Assembly: GCA_038208905.1 (NCBI GenBank)
Contig: JBBQYG010000103.1
Location: 1-13,820 of the forward strand
Length of the DNA: 13,820 nucleotides
Direction: 5' to 3'
DNA from: Candidatus Sumerlaeia bacterium
Lineage (GTDB): Bacteria; Sumerlaeota; Sumerlaeia; SLMS01
Below the pieces are notes generated by a model, which saw only the letters and a program-made list of their open reading frames with translations, was not told the origin of the DNA and ran no database searches. The position numbers were made by a program, and so were the translations under genes. Of the stretch, positions 1 to 6,967 are shown piece by piece; position 1 is the first letter of the stretch; each line of letters starts with the position of its first letter.

Positions 1-1
1 T

Positions 2-859
2 GGGTGGCCCGCGCGCCCCCGCGTTGTTTGGCGGTTTCCTTGCGGCCTGCCCGGCCCGCGCCGGGGCCGGGCCCCCCACGCTACCCTTGGCAACCACCTC
101 GGGAATCCCTTGCCGCAGCAAGGCGATCGGCGATGTGGAGGCATCGAAGTCGTCGGGGTAGTGGATAAGCCTCATGCGGCGACGCAGCTCCGCGGGCTGG
201 GCGAGCAGGTTGGCAATCGGGGTATGCCCCTCGCCGGGTCCCGACTCGTGGACAACGAGGTCGCAGGAGGCGAGAAAATCGATGAGTCCCTGATCGAAGA
301 CCGTGTCGCCACTGTAGCCAAGGCTGGCTCCCCCACCGGTCAGGCGAAATCCGCAGCAGGGAACGAAATGGCACGTGCGGCGTACCTCCAGAGTCGGGCC
401 GCCGGGTGTCACTTCGACGCTGTGGCCGGGCTCGACCGGGTGCAGGTCGAAGAAATCGGCGAGGCGTGGGGCATCGCGATCCGTGGAACCGGGGCGTCCC
501 ATGGCGGCGACCAGGCGGTGCTCCCACAGGACGGCGGCGACCTCCGGCAGCGCGAAGAGCCGCGGTGGCGGGGTGCCGGAGACGTGCCTGCGCCAGAGGC
601 CGATTTCCTCCAGCCCGTTGCAGTGGTCGCCGTGCAGATGCGTCAGGATGATCGCATCGATGCGGTCGATGGAGAGGTCCATGCCCGCGGAGTGTCCCGC
701 CTCCGCCAGAATGCGGTGTAGGGGCGAAGGCGCATCGATCAGGATCGTGGCGCCGCCACAGGACACCAGCATCGAGGAGTGGAAATAGCGCGCCGTAAAG
801 GCCCCCCCCACGCCAAGGGGGAGAACGGTCATGCCCGGTGGCCCGTGGGCGGCACTCAT
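2..859 (-). CDS. MBL-fold metallo-hydrolase (RNase Z/Lactamase_B_2-like, Apyc1-like cyclic nucleotide phosphodiesterase); 3'-partial, no stop in window
   Basis: Manual translation from ATG 859 (alternative in-frame ATG 832): MSAAHGPPGMTVLPLGVGGAFTARYFHSSMLVSCGGATILIDAP...ILTHLHGDHCNGLEEIGLW...LWEHRL...LADFFDL...TCHFVPCCGFRL...GYSGDTVFDQGLIDFLASCDLVVHES...GHTPIANL...LIHYPDDF...LLRQG. The HxHxDH motif is at 643-623, followed by the later H, D (SGDT) and H metal ligands. The frame stays open to the window edge, so it is absent from the ORF track. Confidence 0.92.
   Translation of the reverse strand, partial: MSAAHGPPGMTVLPLGVGGAFTARYFHSSMLVSCGGATILIDAPSPLHRILAEAGHSAGMDLSIDRIDAIILTHLHGDHCNGLEEIGLWRRHVSGTPPPRLFALPEVAAVLWEHRLVAAMGRPGSTDRDAPRLADFFDLHPVEPGHSVEVTPGGPTLEVRRTCHFVPCCGFRLTGGGASLGYSGDTVFDQGLIDFLASCDLVVHESGPGEGHTPIANLLAQPAELRRRMRLIHYPDDFDASTSPIALLRQGIPEVVAKGSVGGPAPARAGQAARKPPNNAGARGPP
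49..72. other. Perfect 9-bp GC stem-loop
   Basis: GCCCGGCCC (49-57) / GGGCCGGGC (64-72) with a 6-nt loop. It lies in the low-complexity tail of the MBL ORF. Confidence 0.5.
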
Positions 860-1200
860 CCGGGGGGCCATCCCATCTGGCGCCCTCCTAGTAGGTGGAG
901 GTGGATGTGATAAACCTCCTGGCCGCCATCGTTGCGGCAGTTGAAGACGAGCCGGTAGCCGTCCTCGGCGAGTCCCATCTCGCGGGCAATCTGCGCCGCC
1001 ACCAGCACGATGTGGCCAACAAGAGCCTCGTGGGCGGGCTGGAGATCGTCGAGGGTGGGAATCTCCACCTTGGGAATGATTAGGATGTGGGTGGGCGCCT
1101 GGGGCTTGATGTCCCGAAAGGCGAGGATGCGGTCGTCCTCGTAAACTTTGTCACAGGGGATTTCGCCGGAGGCAATGCGGGAGAAGATCGTGGATCCCAA
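856..1200 (-). CDS. hinT: Histidine triad (HIT) nucleotide-binding protein, HinT/PKCI-type purine nucleoside phosphoramidase
   Basis: TIFSRIASGEIPCDKVYEDDRILAFRDIKPQAPTHILIIPK...GGQEVYHIHLHLLGGRQMGWPPG, with the HxHxHxx triad and typical WPPG end. The likely start is TTG at 1200 (AAAGG upstream; 114 aa, typical size) rather than 1248. Its TGA overlaps the ATG of the MBL gene. Confidence 0.95.
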   Translation of the reverse strand: MGSTIFSRIASGEIPCDKVYEDDRILAFRDIKPQAPTHILIIPKVEIPTLDDLQPAHEALVGHIVLVAAQIAREMGLAEDGYRLVFNCRNDGGQEVYHIHLHLLGGRQMGWPPG

Positions 1201-1302
1201 GGGAGTACCGTGCCTTTTGTGTTGTCCAGAGGCGCCAATTGGCCCCACAATGCTGGTTCATACGTTACAACAGCGCAAGGGCAGGCCGAAGGCGGCACCG
1301 AA

Positions 1303-3867
1303 ATGACCGATCCGCACCTGATTAAAATGGACGCGAACCTGAGGCGGGGCAACCCCAAGGGGGCCCTTGAAGACGCGCGCGCCTATTGCCAATCCGCCGG
1401 GGCCACGCGCGAGGCCGCGATCGAGATCGCCAAGGCCGCCGCCACCGCCTATCGCGACCTGGTCGCCGAACCCGTCCACGAGTTCGCCAACTCGGCGGCG
1501 GCGGAGTTGCCGAGCGAGGTGGGCGTCACCGTGGGCAAGGCACTGCTCCGCCTTGTCCGCATGACGGAGGAGTGGGAAAAAAAGCTCTGGTCGATCCACG
1601 CGGAGCGCCTGGCACGGGAACTCCGCGACTGGACGCGGATGAGGCACTTCGAGCCCGCGGCCGCCAACGCCGCGCGGATGATGGCCTTGGTCCCCGAGGG
1701 CGAGCGCATGCGCCGGGCGACGTATATCGGCAACGTCCTTGGAACGGTGATCAACAACCAGACGGAGGCGAAGCAAGTCGCCTCCCTGCTTGCGCGGAAC
1801 GCCAACAAATACCACGTCCGCCCCGAGGAGGCCGAGGCCATCGAGGCGGCCCGCGAGGCCCGGATCCAGAAAATGGTCGGCGTCAGCCTCGACAATCTGG
1901 AGCGCGAATACTCCAGCATCCTGACTCAGTACACCGTCGAAATCAAGGGCGTCCTCCCCGATCAGAACCGCATGGACGATCCCGACGAGGGGGCGCTGCG
2001 CGATGCGGGCGACGTGTTCCGCTCGATCCTCCGCGTCCCCATCTGGAAGCAGGAGCCGGATCTCTTCCTGGACGCGACGCACGTCCTGCTCGACTTCCTT
2101 CCCAAGGAACACACCGCCACCGCGAAGGCCAGCGGGGCCGACGCCCGCCTCTACAACTCGCTCGGCATGACGGCCAAGAAGACCGTGATGCAGAGCTTTC
2201 AGGAAATCGGCAAGAACGCCTTCTTCACAAAGCTGTACAAGGAGTGGGCCAAGGACTACGTCGGCACCGACGCGCTTGGGCCCATCGTGGAAGTGATGGG
2301 CGCGCTGCGGTCCCAGGACTTCGCCGATTTCTTCGACATCATCAAGGGGGACAAGAAGCTCAGCGAAAGCGTGAACCGCCAGATGGGCTCCGCGCTGGGC
2401 GCGATGGCTGGAGGCGTGGCCGCGGATACGCTGATGGGCGAGCTGAAGTCCATCCTCGGCCGCAAGCGCCTGGAATCCGGCGACATCCGCGAGGCGACGG
2501 CGACGCTGACCAACCTTGGCCTGATCGTGAAGTCCCCCCGCACCGGCGACCAGGAGCGCGGCCAGATCCGCGAATTCGTGCGCAGCCATGTCCCGGAGGA
2601 CATTTCCAAGCTGGCACGGCACGCGGCATTGCAGATTTTCCAGTTCAAGGCCGCCGACCAGACCCCCGTGCAGCGGCAATGGGCCGTTCGCGTGTTGACG
2701 AAATCGCTGTGGGCGCCCGACGAAACGACGGCGATGCAGAAGGGCGAGGAGGGCCGCGCCGCGCCGCTTGGCCCACGGCAGGAGGCGGTGGACGCGCTGA
2801 TCAAGCTGGGCCCACTGGAAGCGCAGACCCTCGTGCGGACGATGGAGCCGCTGGTCTCCCGCTATGGCGCCGCCTTCATGGCCGCGGCGGAAGTGCTCGA
2901 GAAAGTTGGCAGCCCGGAGGGGCACATGGTCCTGGAGCGGATGCTCAACTCCAGCCTGATGCACGACGACGCGGGGCAGAACGCCTACCAGCAGGAATTC
3001 CAATGGGATCCGGCCCTGAACCAGCGCGTGCCTCTGACCAAGGACAAGGTGATCGGCCCGGTGATCTATGCGATCGGGATGATCGGAGGCCCGCGCTCGC
3101 TGGAGATTCTGAAGCGCTATCAGGACCAGATCTCCAGCGGCCGAGTCCCTCCGCCCACCGGCGAAATCGCCAACTACATGGCGCGCTTCATAGGCGATTC
3201 CTTCGGCAAGGAATCCACGGAGGAACAGTCCGAAAGCGGAGACGCGAATAGCGCGGATATGCACGACGTGACGACGCTCATCAAGCAGGTGAGCTCGCGG
3301 TATTTCTTCTCGGGCACCATGAAGCGCCGAGCCAGCAAGATATCCGCACTGACACGGCTGGGGATGCTGGCGCCCGCGGAGGCGCTGGACGTGGTTTTCC
3401 GCCAGCTCGCCGACAAGGACCCCATGGTGGTCTCCGCGGCGATCACCTGCCTCTCTGAGTACGCCAGCCCCAAGCGCCAGAAGCAGCTCCGCGACCTGAC
3501 GATCAACACCTGCCTGGACACACTGGAAAGCCGCGATCCCGCGATGCGCGCGGGGGGCATCAAGCTCCTCAAGGAAATCGGCCCCAATCGCAAGGACGTG
3601 AAGGACAAGGTGATCGCCTACGCGAAGACGGTTCAGCGCCGCGAGGTGAAGGAGGCGCTCGGCATGGCCCTCAAGACGGGGTCGGGCGCCGATCCGCTTG
3701 AGCAGATGCAGAGCCTCAGCAAGGAGGCCGGCGGCACCCCCCAGGCAGCCCCGCCCAGCAGCATGAGCCAACTCGAAATGAAGCGCCAATATCTGTCCGC
3801 GCGAAAAGCCTGGATCGACAGCGGCAAGCAGGGCGATCCGCCGGCGAAACCGGCGGAGATGGAGTAG
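1303..3867 (+). CDS. Large uncharacterised all-alpha protein (~854 aa) with HEAT/PBS-lyase-like repeats in the C-terminal half
   Basis: Long ORF with strong GC3 codon bias. Start placed at ATG 1303 because the 1087-1302 extension overlaps hinT antisense. HEAT-like units: AAAEVLEKVGSPEGHMVLERML, VIYAIGMIGGPRSLEILKRY, ISALTRLGMLAPAEALDVVFRQLADKDPMVVSAAITCL, LDTLESRDPAMRAGGIKLLKEIG. No signal peptide, TM helix or catalytic motif recognised. Confidence 0.8.
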   Translation: MTDPHLIKMDANLRRGNPKGALEDARAYCQSAGATREAAIEIAKAAATAYRDLVAEPVHEFANSAAAELPSEVGVTVGKALLRLVRMTEEWEKKLWSIHAERLARELRDWTRMRHFEPAAANAARMMALVPEGERMRRATYIGNVLGTVINNQTEAKQVASLLARNANKYHVRPEEAEAIEAAREARIQKMVGVSLDNLEREYSSILTQYTVEIKGVLPDQNRMDDPDEGALRDAGDVFRSILRVPIWKQEPDLFLDATHVLLDFLPKEHTATAKASGADARLYNSLGMTAKKTVMQSFQEIGKNAFFTKLYKEWAKDYVGTDALGPIVEVMGALRSQDFADFFDIIKGDKKLSESVNRQMGSALGAMAGGVAADTLMGELKSILGRKRLESGDIREATATLTNLGLIVKSPRTGDQERGQIREFVRSHVPEDISKLARHAALQIFQFKAADQTPVQRQWAVRVLTKSLWAPDETTAMQKGEEGRAAPLGPRQEAVDALIKLGPLEAQTLVRTMEPLVSRYGAAFMAAAEVLEKVGSPEGHMVLERMLNSSLMHDDAGQNAYQQEFQWDPALNQRVPLTKDKVIGPVIYAIGMIGGPRSLEILKRYQDQISSGRVPPPTGEIANYMARFIGDSFGKESTEEQSESGDANSADMHDVTTLIKQVSSRYFFSGTMKRRASKISALTRLGMLAPAEALDVVFRQLADKDPMVVSAAITCLSEYASPKRQKQLRDLTINTCLDTLESRDPAMRAGGIKLLKEIGPNRKDVKDKVIAYAKTVQRREVKEALGMALKTGSGADPLEQMQSLSKEAGGTPQAAPPSSMSQLEMKRQYLSARKAWIDSGKQGDPPAKPAEME

Positions 3868-3967
3868 GGCACTGTCGGGGCGGTCCGTAAAAGACTGAGT
3901 AGCAGGCGGCCCTTGCAGGCAGCCACTCAGGACGGTGGGTGTCCAATAGACATGGGAGAATTGGTGG

Positions 3968-5566
3968 ATGGATATCGCCCTTCTGACTCTGGTGCTCATC
4001 ACGCTGCTGCTTGTGGCGCTGCTGCTCCTGCGCCCACGCGGCGGCGACGTTGCGGTGCTGGAAACCAAGCTCTCCGATCAGCACGCTCAGACACATGAGA
4101 AGATCGACTCCGAGAACCGTCGCCTGCGCGAAGAGCTTGAACGCGTGCGCGCGGCGCTCGACGCGAGCCTTCGCCTGGCCGCCGGTGAGCAGGCGGCCCT
4201 GCTGGCGGGCGCGCGTCAGGCCCAGGACGAGCGCCTGGACCGCGTGGCGCAGGCCACGGCGGAGCTTCGACAGACCCTGACGCAGATGGCCGAGCGCATG
4301 GAGAAGCGCCAGGCCGAGGGGGCGCTGGAGCTTACGACGCGCGTCAATGCGCAGATCGACGCGTTGAAGTCCTCGGTCAACCTGGCGGTGGCGGGATTGC
4401 AGGAAAAGGTCACGGCCCAATTGCAGGAACGCCTCGAACGCCTGGATCGTTCGATGACGGAGTTCCGCGAATCCTCCACGGTGGGAATGGAGGCCCAGCG
4501 CAAGCAGTTGGCCGACACCGCGACAGCGCTCAGGACGGACCTCGCAAAGCAGTTCGCCCAGATCACCGAGTCCCAGGCGCAGTCGCTTGCCGCGATGGGC
4601 GACCGCGTGGGCGCGCGGCTGACGGAGATGCAGAAGAGCAACGAGGAAAAGCTGGAGAAAATCCGCGGCACCGTGGACGAGAAACTCCAGACGACGCTTG
4701 AAAAGCGCCTCGGCGAATCCTTCCGCACGGTCTCCCAGCAGCTGGAGAATGTGCAGAAGGGCCTTGGCGAAATGCAGGCCCTGGCGACCGGCGTCGGCGA
4801 CCTGAAGCGGGTCCTCACCAACGTGAAGTCGCGTGGCATCTTTGGCGAGGTGCAACTGGGCGCCCTGCTGGAACAAGTGATGCCGACCAGCCAGTTTGCC
4901 GCCAACGTAGCCGTCAAGCCCGGCTCGCAAGAGCGCGTGGAGTTTGCGATCTGCCTGCCCGGTGGCGGGGAGAACGCCAAGCCCCTCTACCTCCCCATCG
5001 ACGCCAAGTTTCCCACCGAGGACTACGAGCGATTGCAGCAAGCCTACGACGCGGGAGACAAGACCCTCGTCGAGGAGGCTCGATTGGCGCTCAGGAAGAG
5101 CTTTCTGCGCGAGGCCAAGACAATCCGCGACAAGTACATCGACCCGCCCAACACGACGGACTTTGCGATGATGTACCTGCCCACGGAGGGCCTCTATGCC
5201 GAGGCAATCCGCGGCGAGGGGCTGATGGACCAACTCCAGCGCGAGTGCCGCGTGATCCTCGTGGGACCATCGACGCTCTACGCGATCCTCAACAGCCTGC
5301 AAATGGGCTTCCGCACGTTGGCGATCCAGAAGCGCAGCAGCGAGGTATGGGCGATCCTCTCCTCGGTGAAGACGGAATTCGGCAAGTTCGGCGACAGCCT
5401 CTCCGCCGTTGGCAAGAAGCTGCAGGAGGCCACCAACAAGATCAGCGATGCCGAGCGCCAAAGCCGCAAGGTGGCCAAGACGCTCCACAATGTGGGAGAA
5501 TTGCAGGCCGACGAGACGCCACTTCTCGCGGGTTTCCTGCCGGTGGAGGAGGACGCCGACTCCTGA
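3968..5566 (+). CDS. rmuC: DNA recombination protein RmuC
   Basis: N-terminal TM anchor, long coiled coil, then RmuC hallmarks: VDEKLQTTLEKRLGESF, GLGEMQALATGVGDLKRVLTNVKSRGIFGEVQL, PIDAKFP, KYIDPPNTTDFAMMYLPTEGLYAE, GPSTLYAILNSLQMGFRTLAIQKRSSEVW. Confidence 0.95.
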   Translation: MDIALLTLVLITLLLVALLLLRPRGGDVAVLETKLSDQHAQTHEKIDSENRRLREELERVRAALDASLRLAAGEQAALLAGARQAQDERLDRVAQATAELRQTLTQMAERMEKRQAEGALELTTRVNAQIDALKSSVNLAVAGLQEKVTAQLQERLERLDRSMTEFRESSTVGMEAQRKQLADTATALRTDLAKQFAQITESQAQSLAAMGDRVGARLTEMQKSNEEKLEKIRGTVDEKLQTTLEKRLGESFRTVSQQLENVQKGLGEMQALATGVGDLKRVLTNVKSRGIFGEVQLGALLEQVMPTSQFAANVAVKPGSQERVEFAICLPGGGENAKPLYLPIDAKFPTEDYERLQQAYDAGDKTLVEEARLALRKSFLREAKTIRDKYIDPPNTTDFAMMYLPTEGLYAEAIRGEGLMDQLQRECRVILVGPSTLYAILNSLQMGFRTLAIQKRSSEVWAILSSVKTEFGKFGDSLSAVGKKLQEATNKISDAERQSRKVAKTLHNVGELQADETPLLAGFLPVEEDADS

Positions 5567-5624
5567 TTCGTCGCCAGGGTATCGATCAAGATTCTTGCCC
5601 CGCTCTCCGAACGCTCCAAAACTC

Positions 5625-5648
5625 CTCTCTCAGCGAAACTGGGGAGAG
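5625..5648. other. Imperfect stem-loop in the rmuC-glgC spacer
   Basis: CTCTCTCAG-CGAAA-CTGGGGAGAG, with one bulge and one G:U pair. There is no U-tract on +, so it is not a classic intrinsic terminator. Confidence 0.3.
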
Positions 5649-5686
5649 CCCCCGCGCATAGCCCACGACTGACGAGGTGATCGGCC

Positions 5687-6967
5687 ATGAACAACGTCCT
5701 GACACTGATTCTGGGAGGCGGAGCCGGGACGCGGCTCTATCCCCTGACCAAGCATCGTGCAAAGCCCGCTGTTCCGCTGGCCGGCAAGTACCGCCTGATC
5801 GACGTGGCGGTCTCCAACTGCATCAACAGCAACCTGCAGAAGATCTTCGTGCTGACGCAGTACTTGTCCGCCTCGCTGAATCGGCACATCTCCCAGACCT
5901 ACGCCTTCGATCAGTTCAGCCAGGGCTTCGTGGACATCCTGGCGGCGGAGCAGCGCGCCGAGGATTCGAGCTGGTTCCAGGGGACTGCCGACGCCGTGCG
6001 CAAGCACTGGATGACGCTGGATAACTACGATTGCGACCATGTGCTCATCCTGCCGGGCGACGCGCTCTATCGCATGAATTACCGAAAGATGGTGGAACAG
6101 CACCTCTCCTCCGGCGCAGATGTGACGGTCGCGGTGAACACGGTGGGGCGCCGTCAGGCACATCACTTCGGCCTCCTCGCCATCGACGACGACAGCAACA
6201 TCCGCGAGTTCCGCGAAAAGCCCAAGACCCGCGAGACGCAGGCCGGGCTGGAGGCGCCGCCCAAGGCCCTTGAGGCCTTCGGCATCGTGAATCCCACCGA
6301 GGACACCTTTCTCGCCTCCATGGGCGTGTATCTGTTCAAGCGCGAGGTCCTCCACCGCTGGATGATGGAGACCGATGACGTGGATTTCGGGAAGCAGATC
6401 ATCCCCGGCTCCATCGGCAAGGACAAGACCGTCGCCCACGTCTTCAAGGGCTATTGGGAGGACATCGGAACCATTGAAGCCTTCTACAAGGCACACATGG
6501 ACTTTCTTGCCGACAATCCGCCGTTCCGGTTCGCCGACCAGTTGGAGCCCGTCTATACGCGCGCGCGCTTCCTCCCCACCAGCCGCTTCAGCGGCACCCA
6601 CCTTGACCGCGCCGTGGTTGCCGACGGGTGCAGCATCGGGCAGTCGCGCATCCACCGCTCCGTCATCGGCGTCCGCACGCTGGTCGGGAATCACAGCACC
6701 ATCGAGGACACGATCACAATGGGCGCGGATTTCTACAATCCCGCGCCCCTTCCCCCATGGCAGGCCGCCGAAAAGATCCCCATGGGCATCGGCAACTACT
6801 GCCACATCCGCAAGGCGATCCTGGACAAGAACGTCCGCATCGGCGATGACGTGAAGCTACTCAACGAGCAGGGCCTCGAAAGCGCCGACGGCGAGTTCTA
6901 CCACATTCGCGAGGGCATCATCATCGTCCCCAAGAACGCGGTGGTGCCGTCGGGGACGCGAATCTAG
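5687..6967 (+). CDS. glgC: Glucose-1-phosphate adenylyltransferase (ADP-glucose pyrophosphorylase)
   Basis: GGGAGTRLYPLTKHRAKPAVPLAGKYRLID, WFQGTADAVR, FREKP, ASMGVYLF, DFGKQIIP, YWEDIGT and a C-terminal left-handed beta-helix. SD GAGGTG at 5674-5679. Confidence 0.97.
   Translation: MNNVLTLILGGGAGTRLYPLTKHRAKPAVPLAGKYRLIDVAVSNCINSNLQKIFVLTQYLSASLNRHISQTYAFDQFSQGFVDILAAEQRAEDSSWFQGTADAVRKHWMTLDNYDCDHVLILPGDALYRMNYRKMVEQHLSSGADVTVAVNTVGRRQAHHFGLLAIDDDSNIREFREKPKTRETQAGLEAPPKALEAFGIVNPTEDTFLASMGVYLFKREVLHRWMMETDDVDFGKQIIPGSIGKDKTVAHVFKGYWEDIGTIEAFYKAHMDFLADNPPFRFADQLEPVYTRARFLPTSRFSGTHLDRAVVADGCSIGQSRIHRSVIGVRTLVGNHSTIEDTITMGADFYNPAPLPPWQAAEKIPMGIGNYCHIRKAILDKNVRIGDDVKLLNEQGLESADGEFYHIREGIIIVPKNAVVPSGTRI

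Noticed and set aside
81..788. Track ORFs 81-527 (-), 110-721 (+), 375-788 (+) and 406-651 (+)
   Set aside because: All overlap the motif-bearing MBL frame (859 to <1, minus strand) and are alternative-frame or antisense artefacts.
1386..3251. 621-aa Arg/Gly/Pro-rich alternative + frame ORF
   Set aside because: Off-frame read of a GC-rich gene with low-complexity composition and no independent start signals.
1258..4068. 936-aa minus-strand ORF, and likewise 3716-5488 (-), 5630-6805 (-), 7216-8532 (+) and 9359-10228 (-)
   Set aside because: These are antisense shadows of well-supported genes, produced by high GC3 codon bias. They have no motifs and show typical shadow composition.
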